From Candidatus Aminicenantes bacterium (GTDB lineage: Bacteria; Acidobacteriota; Aminicenantia; Aminicenantales; Saccharicenantaceae): a DNA stretch of 64,000 bases. The DNA lies in NCBI GenBank assembly GCA_017999365.1, contig JAGNLW010000002.1, positions 241,348 through 305,347 on the forward strand, given 5' to 3'. Made by a program: the position numbers and the translations under genes. Numbering within the stretch: the first letter of the stretch is position 1; every line of letters begins with the position of its first letter. Below are positions 55,395-64,000 of this stretch, piece after piece. The notes under the pieces are model-generated. The model worked only from the letters and a program-made list of their open reading frames with translations, had not been told where the DNA came from and searched no databases.

Positions 55395-57932
55395 CTACCG
55401 GGCGGTCCCCTCGGCCGCGGCGCCATGCGTCCGTTCGTAGACGAGCTTGCCGTCGAGGAAGACGGCGTCGGCGACCGAGCCCGTCCGGAAAGGATGCCCG
55501 CGCAGGATGAGGATGTCGGCGTCCTTCCCCGGTTCGAGGCTGCCGACGCGCGCGTCGATGCCGGCGATCCGGGCGGCGTCGAGGGTGACGGCCCGGAGAG
55601 CGGCTTCCTCCGGCATGCCGTTGCGGCAGGCGTAGGCGGCGATCTCGAGGAGATCGCCTCCCGCCGTCCCGGCGGCCGGCCACTGCCACAGGCCGTCCTC
55701 GGCCCGGAAGGCCAGGCGGATGCCCGCCTTGGCCAAAACGGCCGGATTGGCCTCGTTGAAGCCGGCGTCCTCGACGTTCCCGACGCCTCGGAAGATCTCG
55801 CCGAGGATGACGGGGATGTCCCTTTTCTTGATCTCGTCGGCGAGAGCGTAGGCTTCCGTCGCCCCGTCCAGGATCGCCTTCAGCTTGAACTCGTCGGCCA
55901 GCCGCAGGGCGGTCAGGATATCGTCCTTCCTGTCGCAATGGATGATGACCGGCATCTCGCCCCTGACGACGGGGACGAGGGCTTCGAGATGCAGGTCCCG
56001 CGGCGGCGCGGGGCTCTTATTGTCCTTCCGGCTCGCGTCGAGCGCGTCCCTGTACTCCCGGGCCTTGGTCAGGGTCTCCCGGAGCAGGGCGGCGATGCCC
56101 ATCCGCGTCGAGGGCATCTGCTGTTTCCGCTTGGCTTTCGAGCCCAGGCCGAAGACCATGACCGCCTGGTCCTTGACGATCATGCGGTCCACGACGCCGC
56201 CGCGGGTCTTCAGGGCCAGGCCGCGGCCGCCGATCACGTTGAGGTCGCCGGGCGTGACGAGGGCCGACGTGACCCCCAGTTCGGGCAGCAGATAGAAATG
56301 GGGGGCCTGGGGCTCGACCGCGTGCTTGGCTTCGATCTCGGGGGTCGCGGGCTTGGAGGTCTCGTCGGTCGAGCTCTGCATCCGCCAGTTCGAGGTCAGG
56401 CCGAGCTGGGTCCGGGCCAGGACGAGGCCCGGCATGACGACGCGGCCGCCGGCGTCGACGACCGGATAACCCGCGGGGACCGGGAGGTCCCGGCCGACCT
56501 TTTCGATCTTGCCGTCCCTCACCAGGACGACGCCGGCCGCGACGGGCTCGCCGGCCATGGTGTAGACCGTCCCGCCGCGGATCGCGTAGGCGGAGGCCGT
56601 CTTCACGCCGGCCGGCAATCCCAGCGGGCCCGAAGCCGGTGGCGGGGACGGACGGGCCGGAGCCTGTCCGCCGGGGGACTTCTGGTATTCCACCCGGCCG
56701 TCGATGATGACGGTCTCGACGGACGTCAGGAACTCGAAAGGCTCGCCGTCGAGCAGGACCAGGTCCGCGTCCTTGCCCGCCTCGAGGCTCCCGATGCGGT
56801 CCCCGAGGTCCGCGCCCTCGGCCGCGTTGATGGTGATGGAGCGGAGGGCGTCCTCCTCGCTCATCCCGTAGCGGACGCAGAGGGCGGCCGATTCGCGGAG
56901 GTTCTGCTGTTTGGCGCTGCCGTCGATCTGCAGCGAGACCTTGAGGCCGGCCCGGGCCAGGATGGCGGGCACGTTGGCGAACTCCAGGGAGTTCTGGTAG
57001 TAGGTGTCGAAGAGGGCGGGACCGACGTTGTAATAGATGTCCTTGCGCTTGGCCAGCTCGTCGACGATCAAGTACGTCTTGTCGCAGTGGCCGAGGCTCA
57101 GGCGCAGGCGGAACTCGTCGGCCAGCCGGATGGCGGTCATGGCCTCCGAGGCCGTGTAGACGTGGATGTGGACCGGCATCTCCCTCTTGAGGACACGGAC
57201 GAGGACGTCTTTGCCGTGGTCCCTCTTGGGCGGGACGGCGTTCCGGTCCTTCTTCTTATCGGCCTCGTACTTGTCCCAGGCCTTCTGGTACTCCTGGGCC
57301 TCGACGAAGGCCTGCCGGGCCACGTGATACACGGCCATGACGGTGGACGGCATCTGTTTGAGGCCGGCGTAGTAGCCCGAGGGATTGCCCTCGATGGCCA
57401 TCTTCAGGTCGCAGTCCTCCTTGAGGACCATCTCCTCGGGAGAGGCCTTTTTGATCTTGACGGCCACGCTCGTGCCGCAGATGACGTTGAGGCTGCCCGG
57501 GCGGGCGATGACCGTGGTGACCCCCGCGGCGCGGGCGGGCGGGATGGAGAGGTCGTCGAAGTTGAAGCCCTCGAAGGCCCGGGCCTGCGGGGTGACGGGG
57601 TTGGTGGCCTCGTTCCCGTCGTAGTTCTCCTCGACCAGGGGCATGGCATAGACGCCCATGTGGCTGTGCAGGTCGACGAGGCCGGGGATGGCGACCTTGG
57701 CGGCGATCTCCCGGGCCCCGGCGGGGACGGCGAGACCGGACCCGATCCGGACGATCTTGCCGTTCTCGATGACGATCACGCCGTGCTCGATCGTGCCTTT
57801 CGTGGCCGTATGGATCCGGTCGGCCTTGACGACCAGGGTATCCGCGGCCGCCGCCCGTGACGGGCTCAAGGCCGGGACCAGGACCGCGAGTATGACCAGC
57901 GCAACGGAGATCTTGGGATGAAGGCGTGCCAT
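55395..57932 (-). CDS. Tandem double amidohydrolase-fold protein, secreted
   Basis: 845 aa with a signal peptide. The first half has PGLVDLHSHMG and the second half has PGLVLARTQLG (no HxH). The two halves are mutually similar. Confidence 0.85.
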   Translation of the reverse strand: MARLHPKISVALVILAVLVPALSPSRAAAADTLVVKADRIHTATKGTIEHGVIVIENGKIVRIGSGLAVPAGAREIAAKVAIPGLVDLHSHMGVYAMPLVEENYDGNEATNPVTPQARAFEGFNFDDLSIPPARAAGVTTVIARPGSLNVICGTSVAVKIKKASPEEMVLKEDCDLKMAIEGNPSGYYAGLKQMPSTVMAVYHVARQAFVEAQEYQKAWDKYEADKKKDRNAVPPKRDHGKDVLVRVLKREMPVHIHVYTASEAMTAIRLADEFRLRLSLGHCDKTYLIVDELAKRKDIYYNVGPALFDTYYQNSLEFANVPAILARAGLKVSLQIDGSAKQQNLRESAALCVRYGMSEEDALRSITINAAEGADLGDRIGSLEAGKDADLVLLDGEPFEFLTSVETVIIDGRVEYQKSPGGQAPARPSPPPASGPLGLPAGVKTASAYAIRGGTVYTMAGEPVAAGVVLVRDGKIEKVGRDLPVPAGYPVVDAGGRVVMPGLVLARTQLGLTSNWRMQSSTDETSKPATPEIEAKHAVEPQAPHFYLLPELGVTSALVTPGDLNVIGGRGLALKTRGGVVDRMIVKDQAVMVFGLGSKAKRKQQMPSTRMGIAALLRETLTKAREYRDALDASRKDNKSPAPPRDLHLEALVPVVRGEMPVIIHCDRKDDILTALRLADEFKLKAILDGATEAYALADEIKKRDIPVILGEIFRGVGNVEDAGFNEANPAVLAKAGIRLAFRAEDGLWQWPAAGTAGGDLLEIAAYACRNGMPEEAALRAVTLDAARIAGIDARVGSLEPGKDADILILRGHPFRTGSVADAVFLDGKLVYERTHGAAAEGTAR

Positions 57933-57953
57933 CGTCGTTCTCCTCCCCTCAGG

Positions 57954-57984
57954 AAAAAAGGGGCCCCTCCGGCGGAGGGGCCCC
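57954..57984 (-). terminator. Intrinsic terminator after the outer-membrane receptor gene
   Basis: GGGGCCCCTCC-ggc-GGAGGGGCCCC has an 11-bp stem at 57960-57984. On the minus strand it is followed by TTTTTT (57954-57959). Confidence 0.7.
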
Positions 57985-58005
57985 TCGTCCTGTCGAAATT
58001 CCCGA

Positions 58006-60720
58006 TCAGAAATCGAACTTGACCCCGAGCCGGAAGACCCGGGGATCGCAGACGTACAGGGGCAGGCCCATGTCGTCGCCGTAGAACACCTGGACGTAGG
58101 TCCCGTACTGGCCCCAGGGAATGGCCTGGTTGAGCACGTTGAACACGTCCAGCATGAGCGAGAAGCGCATGCTGTTGAAGGCGAAGGACTTCTCGAGCCG
58201 GAAGTCGAGGTTGTTATTGGCCTTCATCCGGGTCGAACCGGACGGCTCGAGGAGCAGGTAGGGCTTGGTGGCCTGGTCCACTTCCGTCAGCGTGGTCGTC
58301 TTGGTCCAGGTCCGTCCCGAGTTGTAGGTGTAGACGGCGCTGGCGTTGATGTCCCACGGCAGGATGTAGGTCGCCATGAGCTTGAAGATGTGCGGTGGGC
58401 TGATGGAGGACCGGCCGTAGAGGTTGATCTGGAGGTTGGGGTCGTAGTAGTTCCCCGTCCCGCCCGTGCCGTACGAGCCCGTGGCCGTGTGGGAGTTGGA
58501 ATAGCTGCCCTCTTCCTTGCTGTAGGTGTAGGAAGCAAACATCTGCCATTTGTCCGCGAACCGCTTGTTGAGGGTGAACTGGACGCCGACGTACTTGCGG
58601 GACGGATCGACCATGACGATGTCCGGGTCCGCCGCGCCGATGTCGCGGCCGACCTTGGGATTGGTGATCAGGTAGTGGGGCTGGGTCCCGACGTTGGTCT
58701 GGTTGTAGACGGTCATGGACTCGCCCGTGAGCGGGTTCTTGTAGGCCATGGGCTCGAACGTCGCGTTGAGGTCGACGACGTCGATGATATTGAGCCACTT
58801 CTTGTAGATGACCGAAACGCTGGCCGACAGGTTCGGGCCGAGGATCTGCTCGAGGCCGAAGACGGCCTGGTCCATCGACGGGACCTTGATCGCGGGATCG
58901 ACGGAGTAGAGGTCCTCGCCGTAGACCGTGTACCAGTAATCGAGGGTGTCGAAATCGGGGGTCAGGTAATAGATGATGTCCCCCTGGGGCGTCAAGTTCC
59001 AGAAGTTGTAGGAACGGGTCCCTTCGTAGTACTTGCCGAAATGGGCCTTGAGGACCGTCTTCTGCCTTCCGGTGACGTCCCACGCGAAGCCGATCCGGGG
59101 CTCGAGGCCCTGGTGCGGTTTCCAGACCGTTTCGTCGATGCCCGGCACCGTGCCCCGGGCGATGTTGTAGCGGAGGCCCGGGTTGATGGTCAGGGTCTTG
59201 CCGATCTTCCAGTCGTCCTGGAGGTACCAGGAGAACAGCCAGTTGTCGAAGCCCTGGTAGCCGTGCTGGGCGAAGGCCATGTAGGGCTCGTTGTCGAGCG
59301 TGTAGTAGGCGACGCCGCCGGGCAGGGTCATGTCCCAGTACCCGCCGCTGCGCTCGGCCTCGAAGCCCGCCTTGAAGTCGTGGGAGCCGGCCAGATCGTC
59401 GACGGCCTGGGTGAAGGCCGTCCTCAGCGTGTACTTGTGGTCCGGCTGGTAGGACCACCAGTAGCAGGCGTGGGTCCCGTTGACGAGGTCCCAGAACCCG
59501 GATTGATCGCGGTTCTTATGGGAGGGATAGCGGGCCCAGCTGCCCCAGTTGCCGCCGATCTTGAGCTCGAGGGTGGAATCCGCCGAGAACGTGTGGAGAT
59601 AGGAGACGTTGAACAGATTGGACTTCCACTTGTCGTCCCAGTTGCCGTCGGCCGTGACCAGCGTATCCATCTGGGTCCTGAGGGCCGTGTAGGTATGGGT
59701 CTCGAAGGAGGCCTGGACGCGGTCCTTCTGGGACGGCTGGTAGGTCAATTTGAAGAAGAATTTCGGCAGGGTCCGCGGGCTGTCCTTGCCGGTCGACTCC
59801 AGCATGATGGTCTCTTTGTTGTACTCGGCGCCGCCGAAGAACCACAGCCGGTCCTTGATGATCGGGCCGCCCAGATGGAAGCTGCCGCTGAAATCGTTCG
59901 TGGAGGGCGTCTCGCCCAGGAGCCGCCAGGTCTCGTCGGTCGCGCTGACGTTCGAGCTCTGCCAGGACTTGCCCCGGTAGAGGACCTGCGCGTCGCCGTG
60001 GAACTGGTTGCCTCCCGACTTGGTGATGATGTTGACGTAGACGCCGGTGAAGCCGCCGTACTCGGCCGGCGCGCCCAGGCCGACGACCTGCTGCTCCTCG
60101 ACGGTGTTGTAGGCGATGGGCGTCGAGTACTGGCCGCCCCCGAACCAGGCGCTGCTGACCTCGGTGCCGTCGATGGTCCAGGAATTGCCGACCTGGTCGC
60201 CGCCGCCGTAGGCGCTGAGCTGGGTCACGCCCGGGGCGAGGTTCAGGATGGCGTGCGTATCCTGGGCCGTGGGGAGCTTGAGAAGAAGGTCCTTCGTGAT
60301 GTAGGTCTTGGCCAGCGACGCGTCGGTGATGTCGATGACCGGGGCGGCCCCGATGACCGTCACTTCCGTCTCGATCCTGGCCGAGGACAGGACGAAGTCC
60401 AGGGTCGCGGTCATGCCCACGTGGAGATTGACGTTCGAGATCTTCTTCGGGGCGAAACCGCTCATCGTCACTTCGACTTCGTAGATACCGGTCAGGAGCC
60501 CCCGGAACCGGTAGCGCCCGTCCTGATCCGTGACGGCCGCCGGCTTCCCCATGACGCTCGGAGAGCTGGCCGTGACCGAGGCGCCGGGAAGCGGCGCGCC
60601 CGTGTCGTCCGTGACCTGGCCCTGGATCGACGCCGTTTCCCTCGTCTGAGCCGAGAGGGAGACGGCGGCCAGGAGCAAGATCACCAGGGCCGATGCCCAG
60701 GTCCGTTTTGAAAACGACAT
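58006..60720 (-). CDS. TonB-dependent-receptor-like outer-membrane protein with CarboxypepD_reg-like N-terminal domain
   Basis: This is the tail of track ORF 58006..61161, starting at the ATG at 60720 with an AGGAGGAGG Shine-Dalgarno. After a signal peptide comes IQGQVTDDTGAPLPGASVTA...DGRYRFRGLLTGIYEVEV. It is 904 aa and ends in the C-terminal sequence KFDF. Confidence 0.83.
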   Translation of the reverse strand: MSFSKRTWASALVILLLAAVSLSAQTRETASIQGQVTDDTGAPLPGASVTASSPSVMGKPAAVTDQDGRYRFRGLLTGIYEVEVTMSGFAPKKISNVNLHVGMTATLDFVLSSARIETEVTVIGAAPVIDITDASLAKTYITKDLLLKLPTAQDTHAILNLAPGVTQLSAYGGGDQVGNSWTIDGTEVSSAWFGGGQYSTPIAYNTVEEQQVVGLGAPAEYGGFTGVYVNIITKSGGNQFHGDAQVLYRGKSWQSSNVSATDETWRLLGETPSTNDFSGSFHLGGPIIKDRLWFFGGAEYNKETIMLESTGKDSPRTLPKFFFKLTYQPSQKDRVQASFETHTYTALRTQMDTLVTADGNWDDKWKSNLFNVSYLHTFSADSTLELKIGGNWGSWARYPSHKNRDQSGFWDLVNGTHACYWWSYQPDHKYTLRTAFTQAVDDLAGSHDFKAGFEAERSGGYWDMTLPGGVAYYTLDNEPYMAFAQHGYQGFDNWLFSWYLQDDWKIGKTLTINPGLRYNIARGTVPGIDETVWKPHQGLEPRIGFAWDVTGRQKTVLKAHFGKYYEGTRSYNFWNLTPQGDIIYYLTPDFDTLDYWYTVYGEDLYSVDPAIKVPSMDQAVFGLEQILGPNLSASVSVIYKKWLNIIDVVDLNATFEPMAYKNPLTGESMTVYNQTNVGTQPHYLITNPKVGRDIGAADPDIVMVDPSRKYVGVQFTLNKRFADKWQMFASYTYSKEEGSYSNSHTATGSYGTGGTGNYYDPNLQINLYGRSSISPPHIFKLMATYILPWDINASAVYTYNSGRTWTKTTTLTEVDQATKPYLLLEPSGSTRMKANNNLDFRLEKSFAFNSMRFSLMLDVFNVLNQAIPWGQYGTYVQVFYGDDMGLPLYVCDPRVFRLGVKFDF

Positions 60721-60809
60721 CTTCTCCTCCTCCTTGGAATAGGGATTATGAAAACAGCCGGATCCCAGCCAAACGGGCCAAGGTCGGAACGGCACGGGGG
60801 ACGGCTTCT

Positions 60810-61598
60810 TCATTTGATGACCGCGGAGATATCCTGCCCCAGCTTCAGCAGGGGCTTGACGTATCTCTTCTCGACCTCCGCGAGCGAGGCCTGGGAGGTC
60901 AGGAAATCGAACGAGACCGCGCCGACGGGCCGGTCCGTCTTCGGGTCGCAGAACGGGGCGGCGATCGTGATCAGGCCGTTGATGTACTCTTCGTCGTTCG
61001 TCGCGTAGCCGCGCACCCGGACGCGCTTCAGGTCGGCCAGAAGCTCCCGTTTTTCGGTGATGGAATTCCGGGTCCGCCCGACGAGGGGCAGGTGCTCCAG
61101 GATGTCGGTCAACTCGTCTTCGGGGAGAAAGGCCAGGATGGCCTTGCCCAGGCCGGTGCAATGGATGGCCGGATTGATGATGAGGGCCTTGTAGACCGGG
61201 GAATCCTTGGCCCCCCGGAAATAGAGCTGGAGAAGGGCCCGGTCCTCGAGGACGCAGGAATCGACGCTGATGTTGTAGCGCTCGTTGACTTCGTCGATGA
61301 AGGGCTTGACGACGTCGAGCAGGCTGAAGCTGTTGACGATGCCCAGGCCCAGCAGATAGGCCTTCTTGCCCAGCGAGAGGGTTTTCTGCCTGGCGTCCTT
61401 GTTCAGGTAATTGAGCTGGACGAGCGTGTTCGTGAACCGGAAGGCCGAGCTGGGGCTGACTTTCAGGGCGTCCGAGATCTCTTTCAGGCTGAGGGTCTGG
61501 TGCTCGGGATCGAAGAGCCGGAGGATCCGCAGCCCCTTGGCGAAGGGCTCGGAGTAGTAAGGCCGGGCGCGGTTCGTTCGTTTGGCGGGAGGGGTCAT
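60810..61598 (-). CDS. IclR-family transcriptional regulator
   Basis: Track ORF 60810..61601, whose start is TTG; I prefer the ATG at 61598. It has a winged HTH (LSLKEISDALKVSPSSAFRFTNTLVQLNYL) and an IclR effector domain. Confidence 0.85.
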   Translation of the reverse strand: MTPPAKRTNRARPYYSEPFAKGLRILRLFDPEHQTLSLKEISDALKVSPSSAFRFTNTLVQLNYLNKDARQKTLSLGKKAYLLGLGIVNSFSLLDVVKPFIDEVNERYNISVDSCVLEDRALLQLYFRGAKDSPVYKALIINPAIHCTGLGKAILAFLPEDELTDILEHLPLVGRTRNSITEKRELLADLKRVRVRGYATNDEEYINGLITIAAPFCDPKTDRPVGAVSFDFLTSQASLAEVEKRYVKPLLKLGQDISAVIK

Positions 61599-61711
61599 CA
61601 AATTACGAATATCGTAACTGCATTCTCACATTCATAATAATGAAGAAAACGCGGCATGCTTGTCAAGCGGAATTTTATCCGGCTCGGCCGCGGCTCGGGC
61701 GGGAGCGCCGG

Positions 61712-62536
61712 TCAGGGCCCGAAGCGGGGCTCGATCTCCATGGTTTGGCGGGCGCAGGACAGGCAGGCGAGGCAGCGCAGGCACCGCGGGCCGTTGGCGT
61801 CCTTCTCCGGGTCCAGCCCCGCGGGACAGGCCTTCCGGCACTGCGCGCAGTCCGAGCACCGGTCCTTCCGGGCGCCCAGGCGGAGGAACGAGATCTTGTT
61901 GAAGAGCCCGAAGAGTCCGCCCAGCGGGCAGAGGACCCGGCACCAGGGCCGCTCGAAGACGAAGATGGCGCCCAGGAAGAGCATCAGGATGACGAGCTTG
62001 GGCGCGTCGGGCCAGATCGCGGGGCCCGGCAGGAGGGCGGTCCTGACGAGCCGCGGGACCGAGACCTCGAGCCCGGCGGCGGGGCAGACGCGGCAAATGA
62101 ACAGCGCGTGGTCGCCCCCGAACATGATCGGCACGGCCAGGACGGCCACCGCCAGAACGACATAGCGAAAATGGCCCGCTGCGCGCGGGATCGGCCACCG
62201 CCGGATCGGGACCTTGGCGGCCAGGGACTGGAGCCAACCGAAGGGGCAGGCCCAGCCGCAGGTCAACGTCCCCAGGCTCAAGCCGACGACCAGGAGCGTG
62301 CCCACGGCCGCCACGGGGAAGACGTGCAGCGCCCCGGCGCGGGCGATCGATCCGATCGGGCAGGCGAAGCTGGCCAAGGGACAGGCGTTGCAGTGGAAGA
62401 CGGGGGCGCAGACGCTGAACCAATGGAGCGGCGCCAGCCAGGCCGCCGCGAACACGGCTTGGACGCGGTCCCGGTGGGCGAGCAGGCGGTAAAAGAACCC
62501 GGTCGTTCCGCGGCGGGCCTTGGCGGGGTTCTTCAT
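61712..62536 (-). CDS. Membrane 4Fe-4S-binding protein (NapH/MauN-like polyferredoxin)
   Basis: Track ORF 61712..62566; I prefer the ATG at 62536, which forms an ATGA overlap with the upstream stop. Cys motifs present: CPFGWLQ, CRVCPAAG, CSDCAQCRKACP and CLRCLACLSC. Confidence 0.7.
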   Translation of the reverse strand: MKNPAKARRGTTGFFYRLLAHRDRVQAVFAAAWLAPLHWFSVCAPVFHCNACPLASFACPIGSIARAGALHVFPVAAVGTLLVVGLSLGTLTCGWACPFGWLQSLAAKVPIRRWPIPRAAGHFRYVVLAVAVLAVPIMFGGDHALFICRVCPAAGLEVSVPRLVRTALLPGPAIWPDAPKLVILMLFLGAIFVFERPWCRVLCPLGGLFGLFNKISFLRLGARKDRCSDCAQCRKACPAGLDPEKDANGPRCLRCLACLSCARQTMEIEPRFGP

Positions 62537-64000
62537 TGATCCGCGGGCTTCTTTCTTTTTTCCCATTCGGCGATCAGAACGAGGGCGCGGGCCCGCCGGG
62601 CGCCGTCCGTCTCAGGGGCGGCCGACACGTAGGCCCGCATCCAGCGGACGGCCTCGGGGAACATGCCGGCTTTGGCGAGGACGAGCGCGTACGCGTGGTA
62701 GGTATCCGGGCCCGGATGGCGCCGCACGGCCGCCTCGAGCGTCAGGCGCGCTTGGACGATCTGGCCGGTCCTCTCGTAGACCTGGCCGATATCCAGGTCG
62801 AAGACATGATCCCCCGGAAACTCGTCTTTCAGCTTCCGATAGGCGGCCAGGGACTCCTCGGTCCGGCCGACGGCGGCCAGGGCGAACGCGTGTCGCTGGC
62901 GGAGGAGCTTGTTCTCCGGCTCGACCCTCAAGGCTCCCTCGTAAAGTTCGAGCGCTTCGTCCCATTTCCCAAGCATGGCGTAGGCGCTCCCCGATAGGAA
63001 CAGGGCGTCGAAGTCGTCGGGCCACAGGTCGAGAAGGGCCTTTCCGGCCGCGATGGCCTCGTTCCAACGCTCGGCCTTCAGGTAGAAGCTCATCAAACGC
63101 GAGAAGACCAGGGCGGACGACGGGAACCGGGCCCTGGCCTTTTCCAGCAAGGCGATGGCTTCCGCGGTCCTGTCCATTTTCATCAGCACGAAGGCCGCGC
63201 TGACGGCGTAGGAGGGCACGCCGGTGTTCCGGCGCGCCAATTCGTCATAACACTCGAGGGCGGCGGCGAGGTTCCCCTCGCCTTCCATCAGGCCGCCGCG
63301 ATGGTGGAGGAGGTAATCGTCGATCCTGTCCTTGGGATCGGCCTTCGGGCCGGTCTCGGGCGCCTCCGGCCGGCCGCCGCCCAGATACCCCAGCGATCGC
63401 AGCCGCTCCTGGTCCCGGGTGGACAGCGGCCTCGTCGGCGAGGGCGCCGGCCGCGCGGACCGCTCGATCAGGTCTCGGAGGTCCCTCATCATCTTCCGGG
63501 CACGGGAGGCCTCCCTCTCGAACAGATCGACGGTTTCGCGCGGATCGCTCGCGAGGTCGTAGAGCTCGGGGCGAGGGGCCTGGACGAGCTTCCAGCGGCC
63601 GTCGGTGATCCCTTTCAGCTCGGACCAGCCGAACGTCTCGAACGGATAGTAGGTTTCGAGGTAGACCGGCAGGTCGGCGCTCTTTCGTCCGCCGATCCAC
63701 GGCATCAGCGAAACGCCCTGGACGGACTTGGCCTTCGGCAGGCCGGCCAGCTCGAGCACGGTCGGCATGACGTCGGTCAACCGGACCGCGGCGGGGACGG
63801 TCTTTCCCCGGGGCAGCGCCCGGCCGTGGACGAACAGGAGCGGGACCCTGACCGCGGCTTCGTAGAGGAAGAGGCCGTGGTCGATCTCGCGGTGGTCCCC
63901 CAGGGCCTCGCCGTGATCGCCGGCGACGACGATCAGGGTGTCGTCGAGGATCCTCTGCTCCTCGAGCGCGTCCAGGATCCGACCCAGCTCCGAATCCACG
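62533..64000 (-). CDS. Sulfatase-family domain fused to TPR repeats (5' end beyond window)
   Basis: Contains VVAGDHGEALGDH...GLFLYEAAVRVPL (the C-terminal part of a sulfatase domain), followed by several TPR-like repeats. The ORF runs off the right edge of the window. Confidence 0.8.
   Translation of the reverse strand, partial: VDSELGRILDALEEQRILDDTLIVVAGDHGEALGDHREIDHGLFLYEAAVRVPLLFVHGRALPRGKTVPAAVRLTDVMPTVLELAGLPKAKSVQGVSLMPWIGGRKSADLPVYLETYYPFETFGWSELKGITDGRWKLVQAPRPELYDLASDPRETVDLFEREASRARKMMRDLRDLIERSARPAPSPTRPLSTRDQERLRSLGYLGGGRPEAPETGPKADPKDRIDDYLLHHRGGLMEGEGNLAAALECYDELARRNTGVPSYAVSAAFVLMKMDRTAEAIALLEKARARFPSSALVFSRLMSFYLKAERWNEAIAAGKALLDLWPDDFDALFLSGSAYAMLGKWDEALELYEGALRVEPENKLLRQRHAFALAAVGRTEESLAAYRKLKDEFPGDHVFDLDIGQVYERTGQIVQARLTLEAAVRRHPGPDTYHAYALVLAKAGMFPEAVRWMRAYVSAAPETDGARRARALVLIAEWEKRKKPADQ

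Noticed and set aside
61603-61617. TTACGA-ata-TCGTAA is a 6-bp-arm palindrome 5 nt upstream of the IclR gene start and could be an autoregulatory operator.
   Set aside because: It is short and AT-rich, so it could occur by chance. It is plausible but unsupported without a second copy upstream of the receptor or amidohydrolase genes, and I did not find one.

Overview
This is a high-G+C (about 70-80% in the lines I hand-counted), gene-dense bacterial chromosome segment. The envelope is Gram-negative in type: LptE, an OstA-like protein, a TonB-dependent-like outer-membrane protein and type IV pili. No rRNA, tRNA, CRISPR array, transposase or integrase was recognised. Most long ORFs in the track that lie antisense or out of frame to recognisable genes are high-GC shadow ORFs.

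Gene content, left to right:
- OstA-like protein (partial) and recJ.
- ftsY-ribD-ribE-ribBA plus a HEAT-repeat gene.
- A minus-strand RiPP-like cassette at 7710-13015.
- dtd-murJ, rpsT, and holA-lptE-leuS.
- A BtuCDF/FecBCDE-type ABC importer.
- Small stress-type membrane proteins (DUF948-like, YtxH-like), an M20 amidohydrolase, comEC, a secreted coiled-coil protein, rph and a flotillin.
- An aspartate aminotransferase fused to a P-loop (HprK/PEPCK-like) domain.
- A minor-pilin operon (fimT/pilV/pilW/pilX/pilY1-like) ending in a paralogue of the coiled-coil protein, then plsC.
- A lower-G+C patch carrying a membrane sulfatase-family gene.
- pilA with a textbook sigma-54 promoter, then pilR-pilS-pilC-pilT-pilB.
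- A minus-strand locus with a methyltransferase, four amidohydrolase-fold modules, a PAS protein, a TonB-dependent-like receptor and an IclR regulator.
- A 4Fe-4S membrane protein and a sulfatase-TPR protein (partial).

The most unusual feature is the RiPP-like cassette. It has three paralogous radical-SAM/SPASM enzymes, one of them fused to an HPr-kinase-like P-loop domain. It also has a PqqD/RRE protein, an S24/S26 Ser-Lys peptidase, and a 60-aa six-cysteine peptide gene with its own consensus promoter.

Secondary points of interest:
- The aminotransferase-kinase-like fusion.
- A roughly 340-nt multi-hairpin element bounded by inverted repeats.
- Recurrent AT-rich and palindromic motifs.
- A paralogous secreted protein pair associated with comEC and pilY1.
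- Degenerate amidohydrolase paralogues.

All functional calls come from reading motifs by eye; no searches were run.
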